Assembly: GCF_963921235.1 (NCBI RefSeq)
Contig: NC_086097.1
Span: 88,538,001 to 88,602,000 of the forward strand
From: Mobula hypostoma
Taxonomy: Eukaryota
Length of the DNA: 64,000 nt
Direction: 5' to 3'
Shown: one piece after another, positions 12,190 to 24,839 of the stretch
Layout: the number at the start of each line of letters is the position of its first letter
How positions within the stretch are numbered: position 1 is the stretch's first letter
Translations under genes and position numbers: made by a program
Notes under the pieces: model-generated
The model's database searches: none
What the model was told of the DNA's origin: nothing
The model's input: the letters and a program-made list of their open reading frames with translations, nothing else

Positions 12190-13450
12190 ATTGGAATCAA
12201 TTTATTATTGTCACATGTACTGAGATACAGTGAAACGCTTTACTTGCACACTGTACATACAAATCAGATCATTAGACAGTCCATGGAGGTAAAACAAAGT
12301 AAAACAATAACAATGCAGAATAAAGTGCAACAGCGACAGAAAAAGTGCAGTGCAGGTAAGTAATAAGGTGCAAGATCGTATTGAGGTAGATTGTGGAGTC
12401 AAGTGTCCATCTTATCGTACTGGAGAGCTATTCAATAGTCTTATTACAGAGGGCTAGAAGCTGTCCTTGAAAGTGGTGCTATGTGTTTTCTGGCTTTTGT
12501 CCCAGACTCCCCTACCATGGGAAATAACTTTGCCGTATCTAATCTGTTCAGGTCTTTTTACATTCGGAATGTTTCTATGAGATCCCCCCTCATTCTCCTG
12601 AACTCCAGGGAATACAGCCTATCTGCTGTTCTATGGAAGAAGGAAGAAAAGAGAATGCCTGTGGTGGTTGAGGTCTTCAGTTATGCTGGTACTTTACTGA
12701 GGCAGTGGTGAAGTATGAAAATCAGAGTCAAAGCAAACTTACATGTATGACACCACATGCTATCTTGAGATTAATTTTCTTGCAGGCATTTTGCAGGAAA
12801 ATAAAGAAGTACAATAGGATTTATGAAAACTATACATAAACAAATTCTGACTAACAACCAATGTGCAAAAGAAGACAAATTGTGCAAATAATAGAAAGAA
12901 TATTGAGAGCATGAGTTGTAGAGTCCTTGAAAGTAAGTTTGTTAGTTGTGGAATCAGTTCAGAGTTGAGGAGAGTGGTTATTCACCTCTACTCCAACAGA
13001 GTCCTTAAGGAGGAAGTTGGTTTCCGTGATGTGCTGAGCTGTGTCAACAACTCTGCAGTTTCTTGCAGTCACATGCAGAGCAGTTGTCATACCAAGCCAC
13101 TGTGTATCCAGTTAGGGTGCTTTCTGTGGTGCATTGATAAAAATTGGTAAGTGTGAATGGGGATGTGTCAAAATTCTTTAACGTCCTGAGGAAGTAGAGG
13201 CATTGTGAGCTTTCTTGACTGTGGTATTATTGCATTTGGACCAGTTCAAGCTCTTGCTGACGTTCACTCTTAGGAACTTGAATCTTTCAACCTCACCGCA
13301 GGAACATGTGCACATCTGCCTTTCTGAAGTCAATGACTAGCTCTTTTGTCTTGCTGATATAGAGGGAAAAGTTATTGCCACAACACCATGTTATTAAACT
13401 CTCTATCCCTTTCCTATCATTATTTGAGATATGGTCCATCATGCTCTGAT
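12190..13450 (-). mobile_element. Cluster of Rex1/Babar 3' fragments with a short CR1 fragment (12495-12620)
   Basis: tttattattgtcacatgtactgag 3' ends; WCCGNNFSLYISKTKELVIDFRK (ORF 13293-13517); CR1 piece nearly identical to reverse complement of 8775-8897. Confidence 0.7.
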
Positions 13451-13467
13451 CTAGTTTTTTAATTGAA

Positions 13468-13740
13468 ATACAGTGTGGAATAGGCCCTCTGGTCCTTCGA
13501 ACGATGCCACCCAGCAAATCCCCTCATTTAAACCTAGCCTAATCACACCAGAAGTCACAACGACCAATTAACCTAACAACCAGTACATCTCTGGACTGTG
13601 GGAGGAAACTGGAGCACCTAGAGAAAACCTTTGTAGTCATGGGGAGAATGTACAAACTCTTTACAAGGCTTCAGCGGAAAATGAACGCAGGCTGCTGTTA
13701 TTTTAAATCATCATGTTAACCATTACCCTACTGTGCTGTC
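13468..13740 (-). mobile_element. HE1-like SINE
   Basis: ggactgtgggaggaaactggagcacctagagaaaacc...gtcatggggagaatgtacaaactc is the reverse complement of the SINE body. Confidence 0.6.
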
Positions 13741-16700
13741 CTAAGTTGTCCAAGATAAGTTATTTTAAGTATTCCCTTGAAACCTGGTAGTCCTACCATG
13801 CTGATAAAGAGGGATGGGTGGGATTTTTAACATAGTCAACGAAGGAATGCTGAATTATTTCTAACTCAGTATGGTACACTGCAGGAGTGAGGGTATCCAC
13901 AATACCCTTCCATTAGATTGTGTAATGATAGACTTATTGGTCATTGGTTTGTTCCTGTCACATGTACCAAGATACAGTGTAACCCCATCTGTGGATTAGC
14001 AGATTGTGACCAGTGAAATGCCATAAGGATTGATGGTGAGACCTAGCTTTAGAGCAAGTTCCATATATTTACTATTCATACAAGAAACTGAAACTGGAAA
14101 TGGAATTGTTTTATTGTCACATGTACTGAGCTAGAATGAAATATCCACATCATTTCACAACACTGGGGTAAAGCAATTACAGAATGCAGAATATAGTGTT
14201 ACAGTTAGAGAGAAAGTGCTGTGCAGTTAAACAAGGATGAGTTAGATTGTGAGGTTAGGAGTTGATATTATCATAGGTCCATGCTCTATTCACTTTCAAA
14301 AGTTTTGTGCCCATTCACCAGAGGCTAAAGATCCACCTATGATGGGCAGAAAAATGGTCTTAAAACAAAGTGATTCAGAATGGAGATAGACATCTTTACT
14401 AAAATGTGTCATGAAAAGATAATAAGTGATAATGAAGCCAAATGCAGCAGGGGTTATCAGGTTACTTGTCACAGGAGAGTGAACCTCCAAAGTTATTTGT
14501 CCTTTGGTTATTTCATGGGAAAATGCTCTGGGTGTGATGTGTGAGGACAGGGGGATATGGATTAGCCTTTGTTCTCACCAACTACAACATGTCCAGCCTC
14601 AGATTTGTAGAGTCATGGAGCACGGAAACTGTCCCTTTGCTCCACCATGACAAACGTTCTCTTGCCCTCACACATGTGGAAGACAATAGGTTTCTGGACA
14701 CTAGAGGAATCAGGGAATGCAGAGATAGGGCAAATAAATGTTTCTGAGGTAGAAGCTCGGTCAAGATCATGGTGAAAGATGCAGCAGACTTGAAGGGCCG
14801 GAAGACCCACAATTGTTCCTATTATTTATGTCCTTAAGGAAAAGTATTGATTTATCAACTAAGGGGGCATAGAAGGTAATACTTAATAGATTTCTTTATC
14901 TATGTTTGACTTGAAGACTTTATATTTCATGAGGACTAGAGTCAAAGTTGAGAACCCCCAGGGCAACTAAATTATATGGTATTCCAGCCTCTTAATTCCA
15001 TCTTCACAACACTAAGTCCAGGCCCAAGGCCAAGCTGGTTTATATTCTCAACATGTTCTTGCATTTTCACACATTTAGTTTTTATTATTTAGAACTGTCC
15101 CCGTTTAAATTAAGTTTTGCTTCCAAATTCCATCATTCTTCTTCTTCAGCTCATTCTCCATAACAAAACTAGCCAAGAGCAAGTGGAGCAGCATTGAAGC
15201 GAGCTGCAGTAAGACTTGGATAGCTCCGTGCAGTGTGGGTTTTCAATGAGCGTGGACCCCTTGCAGATTTCCAACAGTTGCTGAATGAACTGACAAAAGA
15301 ATAGAATGGTTCTATGTGAGCATTTGGATTTTGAAAAGGCTTTTGACTAGCTAGCTTTAGTTTGTATCGCTGGTTTTTGGCCTCATTGTGAATGTGAAAG
15401 TTTGTTTTTCTTTCGGCATGTTGGAACTTACTGGAACTGAAGTATTTTTTAGTTCATAAATGAAAGTAGCAAGGATCAAAAACTTTGCTGGTACACACTA
15501 TCAACAAGGTGATAAAGGACTTGGAGCTTGCCAGTGAGTGTGAACTCCTGAAGTGTAACCCTCCTGTTCCTTTGAAAATCGATTGCTTAAATGTTTGCAG
15601 CATGCAGGGAGTTAGTCTATAAATGTTTCATATGATAGTAGCTTCCAGCCACCAGTGAATGTCATGACTATCTACAACTGTTGCCTTTTATTTGTTGGAC
15701 CCACCTTCAAGTCCAGCTCAGGCTCGTGGGATGCACTAGCTCTGAAAGAAATTTCAACATCAGCCAATATACTATGGGTGAGATTCTGTGGCATAAAACA
15801 GGGCATACATGGGGACTAAATTTAATTGTCGTGGGGCGATGCAAGTTTTACACAGATTATGAGGTTGGCATTCACATATGTTGGTTAATTGTTGTAAAAA
15901 GATGCTTTAAGGATGTTCTTACAGTTCTATATCAACGACAACTCTGCTGCTATTACTCAAAGTGGAGGAGGTGTATCCAGGAAAGCACTGAATTTCACAG
16001 TGGACAAGTACCGTGAACAAACAGAAGGAAGGCACAAAGTTCCATACAACCCACTCCCTTGTGCAGCACCCACCCCATACTTGGCAGAGTCTGTAGATCC
16101 AGAATCAGCCTCATCAGGCAGGAGTCATCCCCCATGCTAGGGGACTGCCTGAGAAGAGAGTGTCCGTGGGAAGTTCAATTTACATTTTGTCCCTTTTTTT
16201 TCATTCTTTTAAGCATTTTTCTCACCTTCCCCCCAAATGCTCAGATCTGTGTGCTGACTTCGCATTTTACTCAGGCCAGGAATTAGGATGTTAAACTTCC
16301 TGGATGAACACAATGGAAAGTGAAAGAAGATTGAGATTCCATTAGTAGATAGAAGAAAACAACATGGAACAATACGAGACTACCAGCGAAGAGGCTATTA
16401 ATGGGAAGCTCAATTTACCTTTGGTCCATTCTCCCTTCCATGGGATTTTTACACACTTTCAGTACCATAATTTCCATTGAGTGCAGTCATGTTTATCATG
16501 TTTTCGAAAGCAACAGTTCTTCAAGACAGTGCTGGTTTTGCACATTATCGCATGTATGTGTTAGTGCTGGTGCCATGTTTAGATTGTGGTATCAACTGCT
16601 GTGAAGAAAACCAAGTAATATGCAGCTGCAGATACTATTGCACCTGCTGCAATGTAGTCAGAAATGTGAGTACAACACAACAAAAAGCATGCCCCCACAA

Positions 16701-17412
16701 ATGACCAGGAAGGCACTGAGTTTCACAGCGGACAAGCACAGCTTGCTGGCCTCGAATTTTACTCAGGCCACTAATTAGTAAGTTAAACTTTCAGGATGGC
16801 AGCAATGGAAAGATGAAGAAGATTGAGAGTCTATTAGTAGATAGAACAGAACAACATGGTCGTACAGTAACCACAGATGGGAGGACTGAGATTCTGATTC
16901 AATGCACACCCAGTCCAATCACTCTCTGTGTTTACAGTCAAGAAGATGTCCCAAACGTTTGGAATTTTTATGACTTTTCCCCATTCCACAACGTTTTTGA
17001 TGCCATCACGTAGACATCCTAGTATTCCCACTCAGTTTTTGAATGATCCTGGTCTCTATTAGTCCTGTGCCACCGTGGATTGCTAAAAAGAAGCAGTAAA
17101 TATTATGATTTTAAAGAAATCCAGATAAATGTTGGAAACCTGAAGCAGAACCAGAAGATGCTGGAACACTCAGCAGGGTGTGAGAATATTGGTTATGACA
17201 AAAGGTCTTCAACTTGAAATGTCACCTGTTTCTCGTCCTATCATTGCTAACTGATCTGTTGAGCTTCTCCAGCATGTTTGTTTTTATTAACCTACCAAAC
17301 ATCACTCACTACCTCTCCAGTAACCTGTCCAGTGCCAGCACTTGATTCCCTCTGCCTTCGCTTTCATTGAATATTTCAAATGATTTCCTCTCCTTTATGA
17401 AATACAAATATA

Positions 17413-17682
17413 CAGCACAGAGCAGTAGCTCTCATCTTGATGTTTTAGGCGAAAGTTTTAGGTACATACATATAGCTAGGGTGCCTAAGACTTTTGTGCA
17501 GTACTGTATATTGGTTAAAATAGGAAGGTGGTTGGGAAACAGAAATAAGAGTAGTTATCTTTGTACTAGCTCAGCAGTATTAAGTGTTATTTGGTAACTA
17601 GAAAGACATAATATACAGTACTTTATAAAAGTCTTTGGCACCCTAGCTATATATATGTGCCTAAGACTCTTGCACAGTGCTA
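17413..17682. mobile_element. Two tiny Tc1-type MITEs (17413-17506 and 17616-17682) in opposite orientation
   Basis: TA-flanked inverted termini cagtactgtgcaaaagtcttaggcac...gtgcctaagacttttgcacagtactg around a short tatatagctaggg core; same end again at 25725-25755. Confidence 0.7.
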
Positions 17683-18324
17683 TAAGTCTCTATCTACCAT
17701 TTATTTTCTTATTGTTTTCTGAACTGGCAAAACCCAGAGATCTTGAAGGCATTGGTATGTTGGCTCCCAAACTAGCCCACTGTAGGAACAAGCCTGGTGA
17801 GCTAATGTAGCTCGCTGACTGAGAATTTATTGTCACGACGATTCCTTGGAAGAAGATCCTAATTCAAGAGGTCAGGAGATAAAATGGAGAGGAAAAAGCA
17901 TGAGTCTGGCAATAGACTGTGATTTTCATTGGATATCAATGAAGATTTTTGCACCCTAATGCTCCTTATTTTTCTAATCTCTTGTTGCTATGTACATCAC
18001 TTTCTCGCTCTAAAGATCCACTGGTTTGGTTGGGGCTTTAGGTTTTTCAGCTTGTGGAAGCTAGTATTTAGAGAACCAAGCTAATATGGGATCAGATAAA
18101 TGATGACAGTGGGTGTCTGGAAGGCTGAACATCTCTGGGTGAGCTGGATCGTGAACTGGCATGAGGGGCAACAAGTGTTGGGAGACCTTTTGTTGGTTTT
18201 GTTTTTTAGAACTCTAGTCATGAGAGACAGAAATTTTGAGTTAGCAAAGTGGGCCCTCCATGTTTAGGTTTAGGAGAGAGATCACTGCAAATCTATCATC
18301 AAAGCTCTTCACCATCACGACCTT

Positions 18325-18670
18325 GTCGTCTTCTTGCAGACACCATGGGGCAGGATGTACAGAAAGCCCAAAGTTCCATACCACCAAGTTCAAGAACAGC
18401 AATTTCCCTCCAACCACCCAGTTCTAAACTACCCTGCACAACCCTAATCACTACCTTAGCATAGTGACACTATGACCACTTTGCACTATAATAGACATTT
18501 TTTGGTTGTAATTGTGTTCCTTCTATAAATTTGAATAATTTATGACTAAGTTATGTTTTTTTGAGGTATATTGTTTATCTGATGCAATACGCATGTAGTT
18601 TTTCGCTAAGGTAGTTTTTCATTGCACCTGTGCATACACAGTCAACTTTGATAATAAGTTCAACTTTGAC
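18325..18670 (+). mobile_element. Rex1/Babar 3' end
   Basis: ccatggggcaggatgtacagaaagccc...accaccaagttcaagaacagc (GR.YRS...TTKFKNS), UTR ending ataataagttcaactttgact. Confidence 0.55.
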
Positions 18671-19144
18671 TTTTAGGTGAAAGGGCCAAACCAATGAAAT
18701 CCAAATCCGTTAATCTTAAAATTCAAAGTCAATTTATTATCAAAGTATGTATATGTCACCATATGCTACCCTGAAATTAATTCTCATGCAGACATTCACG
18801 GTACAGCAAAGAACTACAATAGAACTAATGAAAAGACACACAAAGACTGACAACCAATTTGCAAAAGAAGACAAACTGTAAGTACAAGAAAAGTGAATGA
18901 TAAACATTGCTGAGAAAATGAATTATAGAGTCCGAGAAAGTGAGTCCATACTCTCAGTGACCACTCTGTTAGGTACACCTGCTCACTAATGCAAATATCT
19001 AATCAGCCAATCATGTGGCAGCAATTCGACTTGTAGTTCAGAGCAAATCAGAATGGGGAGAAATGTGATCAAAGTAACTTTGAAAGTGAATGATTGCTGG
19101 TGACAGATGGGGTTGTGTGAGTGTCTCAGGTACTGCAGATCTCC

Positions 19145-21880
19145 ATAAGATCATGATATATAGGAGCAGAATTAGGCCATTTGACCCATCGAGTTTGCTC
19201 CGTCATTTCATCACGGCTGATCCATTTCCTTCTCAGCCCCAGTCTCCTGCCTTCTCCTCATATCCCTTCATGCCTTGACTAATTAAGAATATATCAACCT
19301 CTGCTTTCAATATACCCAATGACTTGGCCTCCATAGCCGCCTGTGGCAACCAATTCCACAGCTTCCTCACTCTCTGCTCCTCATCTCTGTTCTAAAAGGA
19401 TGCCCCTCTCTTCTGAGGTTGTCTCTTCTGGTCTTAGACTCTCCCACCACTGGAAACCTCCACTCCACATCCATTCTATCGAGGCCTTTCAACACTCAAT
19501 ATGTTTCAATGAGATCCCCCCTCATTCTTCTAGATTCCTGTGAGTACAAGCCCAGAGCCATCAGGCGCTCCTCGTATAAGCCTTTCTATCAATCCCACAT
19601 TATTTTCATGAACATCTTTTGAACCCTCCAATGTCAGCACATCCTTTTTTAGATAAGGAGCCCAAGACTGCTCACTATACTCCAAGTGAGCCCTCACCAA
19701 TGCTTTATAAAGTCTCAACATTATATCCTTGCTTTTATATTCTAGTCCTCTCAAAATGAATATGAACATCACATTTGCTTTCCTCACCTGCAAATTAACC
19801 TGCACCCTGCAAATTGATCTTTAGGGAATCCTGCATGAGACCCTTTGCAACACATTTTTGAACTTTCACTCCATTTAGAAGATAGTCTACACTTTTATTT
19901 CTTCTACCAAAGTGCATGGCCATACACTTTTGGACTCTGTATTCCATCTGCCACTTCTTTGCATTCTCCGAAGCAGTCTAAGTCCTCTGTAGCCTCACTG
20001 CTTCCTCAACATTACCTGCCCCTATCTTATATTGTCCACAAACTTGGCCACAAAGCCATCAATTCCATCATCCACATCATTAGCATATAACGTAAAAAGA
20101 AGCAATCCCAACGTGGTACCTAGTGGATCACCACTAGTCACTGGCAGCCAACCAGAAAAGGCTCCCTTTACTCTCACTCTTTGCCTCCTGCCCATGAGCC
20201 AATGCTCTATCCATGTTAGTATCTTTCCTGTAATACCAAGAGCTCTTAACTTGTTAAGCAGCCTCGTATGGCACTTTGTTAAGGACCTTCTATAACATCC
20301 AGTGATTCTCCTTTGGCTATCCAGCTTGTTATTTCTTCAAAGAATTCCAACAGATTTGTCAGGCAAGATTTTCCTTTCAGGAAACCATAATGACTGTGGC
20401 CAATTTTATCATGTGCCTTCAAGTGGCCCGAAACCACATCCTTAACAATTGACTCCAACACCTACCCAACCACTGAGGTCAGACTAACTGGCCTATAGTC
20501 TCCTTCTGTCTGCCTCCCTCCCTCCTTGAAGAGTGGAGTGATAATTGCAATTTTCCAGTCCTCTGGAACCATGCCAAATTCCACCGATTCTCAAAAGATC
20601 ATTACTAATGCCTCCACAATCTCTTCAGCCACCTCTTTCAGAACCCTGGGGTATAGACCGTCTGGTCCAGTTGACACATCTACTTTCAGACCCTTCAGTT
20701 TCCCAAGTACCTTCTCCCTGGTACTGGCACATTCACACACTTCTGCCTACTGACACGCTCAAACTTCCAGCATACTGTTCGTGTTTTCCACAGTGAAGAC
20801 TGATGCAAAATACTCATTCAGTTTGTCTACCATTTCCTTGTCTCCATTACTACCTCTCCAGCATCATTTTCCAGGTGTCTGATATCTACTCTTGTTTCTC
20901 TTTTAGACTTTATATATCTGAAGAAATATTTTGTATACTCTTTAATATTATTGACTAGCTTTTCTTCATATTCCACCTTTCACTTCTCTATGACTTTTTT
21001 AGATGCCTTCTGTTGGCTTTTACGTTCTTCACAACTTCTAACTTCTCACTAATTTTTGCTCTATTATATGCTTTCTCATTGGCTTTTACGAGGGGTGATT
21101 GATAAGTTTGTAGCCTAAGGTAGAAGGAGTTAATTTTAGAAAACCTACCACTTTTATTTTTCCTACATTTACACACTTAGTCCAGCGATCGTGGAGCATA
21201 CGGATCCCTTCTTTGTAGAAGTCGGTGTCTTGGACCTCCAGAAGTGGTCCACAGCAAGGGTGATTGATAAGTTTGTGGCCTAAGGTAGAAGATGAGTTAT
21301 TAACTTCAAACTTTCTGCATTTTCACTCAGAGTTGAACTGCACGTACATGTAACAAGAGCTGTATAACTCATCTCCTTCTACCATAGGCCAAGACGCTCT
21401 CGTTACATGCACGTGCAGTTCAACTCTTTGAGTAATAACGCAAAAAGGTTGAAGTTAATAACTCATCTCCTTCTACCTTAGGCCACAAACTTATCAATCA
21501 TCACTGCTGTTGACCACTTCTACGAAGAAGGGATCCGTATGTTTCATGACCGCTGGACTAAGTATGTACATGTAGGAAAGGACTATGTTGAAAAATAAAT
21601 GTGCTAGGTTTTCTAAAATTGACTCCATCTACCTTAGGCCACGAACTTATCAATCATCCCTTGTATGTCGGCTTTTGCTTTGCTTGTCAGCTATGGTTGT
21701 GTCATTTTTCCTTTAGGCTACTTCTTCTATGGGATGTATCTATGCTGCGTCTTCCAAATTGCTCCCAGAAATTCCAGCCATTGCTGCTGCGCTGTAATCC
21801 CTGCTATTGTTCCCTTCCAATCAATTTTTGTCAGCTCCTCTTTCATTCCTCTGGAATTTCCTTTTCTGCACTGTAATACT
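19145..21880 (-). mobile_element. 5'-truncated CR1 LINE (decayed ORF2)
   Basis: VRKANVMFIFILRGLEYKSKDIMLRLYKALVRAHLEY; LESIVKD...GFLKGKSCLTNLLEFFEEIT; 3' tail at 19145-19200. Confidence 0.9.
21089..21663. mobile_element. Palindromic mariner-derived non-autonomous element
   Basis: TA TSD (21087-88, 21664-65); TIR cgaggggtgattgataagtttg.ggcctaaggtaga; mariner transposase C-terminus FYEEGIRMFHDRWTKYVHVGKDYVEK* at 21518-21598, mirrored on the other arm. Confidence 0.85.
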
Positions 21881-22706
21881 GATGAAAGGAATTACAGTGG
21901 CACAAGATTTTCACACACAACAGTCTCTAGAGCTAACAGAATTTGGTGTGCAAAACACAAAACATCCAGTGAGCGGCTGTCCTGTTGGTGAGAGAGGTCA
22001 GAGGAGTATGTGCAGACTAGTTCAATCCGACAGGAAGGCAACTCAAATAATCATATGTTACTACAGTGGTATGCAAAGAGCATCTCTGAACTTACAGCAT
22101 GTCGAGCCTTGAAATGGATGGGCTACTGCAGCAGAAGATCACGAACAGGAGGTACCTAATAAAGTAGCCACCGAGTGCAGGTTGTGGAATCAGTTCCAGA
22201 GTTGAGGTGAGTGAAGTTATCCATACTGATTCAGGAACCTGATGGTTGAAGGTTAATAACTGTTCCTGAATCTGACCCAAAGCTTCGTGCCTCCTTCCCA
22301 GTGGCAGCAGCGAGAAGGGATCATAGCCTGAATAGTGGGGTTATTGGTGATGAATGCTGCTCTCTTGCAGCATTGCTTTTTGTAGATGTGCTCAATGGTC
22401 GGGAGGGCCTTTCCTGAGTTCTGTATCCACCACTTTTTGTAGGCTTTTCTGTTCTTAGGCATTGGTGTTTCCATACCAAGCCACGATGCTACCAATCAAG
22501 ATGTTCTCCACTGTGCATCTATGGAAGTTTGTCTAAGTTACATACAAACGTCTGTACATTGTGAAGAGAAACTCTGTGCTCTTTGGTACTGGATAATTGC
22601 ATGTACATGTAGCATCCCCACTTTGCACTTATAAAAAGCCTTCCAGCCGTGTCACATGTTTGTACAACAGAGAGAAACAAAAACAAATTTTGTTATTAAA
22701 ATATAT

Positions 22707-23006
22707 AGGCATCCGTTAGTCTCATGAGACCATGGATTTGCGCCTTGGAAGGTTTCCAGGGCGCAGGCCTGGGCAAGGTTGTATGGAAGACCAGCAGTTG
22801 CCCATGCTACAAATCTCCCCTCTCCACGCCACCGATGTTGTCCAAGGGAAGGGCATTAGGACCCTTACAGCTTGACACCGGTGTCGTCACAGAGCAATGT
22901 GTGGTTAAGTGCCTTGCTCAAGGTCACAACGCGCCGCCTCAGCCAAGGCTCGAACTAGCGACCTTCAAACCACTAGACGAATGCCTTAACTGCTTGGCCA
23001 CATGCC
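22707..23006 (-). mobile_element. tRNA-derived CORE-type SINE with RTE-like tail
   Basis: Minus strand head ggcatgtggccaagcagttaaggc...agttcgagcc (A and B boxes), CORE-like ccttgagcaaggcacttaacc; several CpGs retained. Confidence 0.7.
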
Positions 23007-23339
23007 AACAAAATGTATTAAAGTATTTTAAAATGAGACCCCACAGTTTCTGAAAAGGTTGTCTGTCATTCAAGGAAGGCAAATTGCATCATTAAAATGA
23101 TAAATAGATGTCACGGAATAGTCTGCAGTAAATTTAATTGGCAATTAATGGGCAAATACTACAAGTTGATGAAAGTCACAAAGGTTAACAGGAAGACATA
23201 GGAACTGGAAGTACACTTGAAAAAAGATACTCCTTTAGAGCCATGGAAGATAGCACTAACTGGAAGACTCAATCAAAGAACTGGTAGTACTTCAATGAAC
23301 TGAGCTAGTAAAGGGCTTGGGTACTGTGAACAGTCACAG

Positions 23340-23655
23340 TATTTTTCCTCTGTGGAGAGTCCAAAACTAGAGGCCATAGTTTTAAGGTGATAGGGGAAAT
23401 CCGAGATCCGAGATAAAGGAGATCCGAGGGCCAACTTTCTCCACAGAGGATGGTGGATATGTGGAACAAGCTGCCAGAGGAAATGATAGAGGCAGGTATA
23501 ATTACAAAGTTTTCCTTTGGATAGGAATATGAATAAGAAAGGTTTAGTGGGATTTTGGTCAATTGTGGGGAACTGAGACTAACTCAGGTAGAACCACATT
23601 GACGAGTCAGGCTGAATGGTCTGTTTCTGTGCTGTACAGCTCAATGACTCTGTAT
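23340..23655 (+). mobile_element. CR1 3' fragment
   Basis: gagtccaaaactagaggccatagttttaagg (SKTRGHSFK), tggaacaagctgccagagg, tail gactctgtatgatct. Confidence 0.7.
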
Positions 23656-23866
23656 GATCTAATGATTGTATGCCTGAGGTGAACACTACTTAATTAAGTG
23701 GAGATAGATTTCTCTGCAATTTTGCTTAGGGCTGTTATTGTTGAGACTGCTTATCGTTGATACATTGACCAGGAAGCATTTGGTCAGCAAGTAATGACAT
23801 TAATTTTCCACATGTCTTAATAGTCCGCACTCTTCCATGTGTTTACAAGTGGTAGCATTACAGGTA

Positions 23867-24390
23867 CACTCGGTGGCTGCTTCATAAGGTACCTCCTTTG
23901 CCTAATAAAGTTACCGCTGAGTGTATGCCCTTGATCTTCTGCTGCTGTAGCTCAAGTTACAATGTGCATTCTGAGATACTCTTCTACGTACCTCTGTTGT
24001 AACTAGTGGTTTTTTCAGTTACTGTCGCCTTCCTCTCAGCTTGAAACAGTCTGGGTATTCTCCTCTGACCATTTTCATTAACAAAGCATTTTCACTCACT
24101 GGATTTGTTTTTAATTGTTCTGTAATCTCTAGAGACTATTATATGTGAAATTCCCAGGAGATCAGCGTTTTCTGGGATGCGCAAACCTCTCCGTCTGATG
24201 CCAACAATTATTCCACAGTCAAAGTTGTTTAGATCACAATGCTTCCCCCACTCTGATGTTTAGTCTGAACAATAAATGAACCCCTTGACCATGAATGCAT
24301 GCTTTCGTGCATTGAGATGATACCACATGATTGGTTAATTTGGTATTTGCATTAACGTGCAGGTGTACCTAATAAAATGGCCACTGCGTG
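23867..24390 (-). mobile_element. Non-autonomous Tc1-derived element (same family as 18951-22177)
   Basis: TIRs cactcggtggctgcttcataaggtacc / gtacctaataaaatggccactgcgtg; shared internal sequence. Confidence 0.8.
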
Positions 24391-24839
24391 TGTGCTCCCT
24401 CTTGAAAAGGACACAAGGTTGAAAAATTAACCATGAACAAGATGTATTGCAGCTCCAAATTAACCGCAACTAAGGATTCACAGCTTGGTATCAGAGCGCT
24501 GGTAGCTTCAAGATGGTACCCATACTTGGCAGCAGAATTTGGAGAGCTCTTGTATTCCCTGTGAATTCTCTCCATTTTATGCAATTTTAAAAGTTATTCA
24601 TTCACACCATGTGTAATCTGCTGTATTTGGATTTATTGTCCACCCTGCAGAGAAGTTGTAGATAAGTCAACCACATGAGTGCAGCTGGAGTCACTAATGG
24701 TTCAATCAAGCTAAGGATGGCAATTTCTTTCCCTGTGGGACAGATGAGGGTTAAGAGAATCTGATAGACTCTTAGTAATTGTGATGGGATTTTTAAAATT
24801 CAATATTTATTGAAGTACCTGAATTCAAAATCCTTTACA

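Larger units (their letters stand above)
18951..22177 (+). mobile_element. Non-autonomous Tc1-derived element, split by CR1
   Basis: TIRs ctctcagtgaccactctgttaggtacacc / ggtacctaataaagtagccaccgagtg, flanked by TA and CA (mutated TA); halves 18951-19144 and about 21905-22177. Confidence 0.8.
18720..22545 (-). mobile_element. Rex1/Babar 3' fragment interrupted by a Tc1 MITE / CR1 / mariner stack
   Basis: UTR ...gaaagtgagtccata| resumes as |ggttgtggaatcagttc at 22180; coding remnant SGKALPTIEHIYKKQCCKRAAFI (ORF 22253-22495). Confidence 0.75.

Noticed and set aside
15322..15350. LDFEKAFD as a reverse transcriptase motif
   Set aside because: No flanking RT motifs in any frame
22940..23006. tRNA gene
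   Set aside because: A and B boxes are the head of a SINE continuing into CORE and tail sequence; no full cloverleaf
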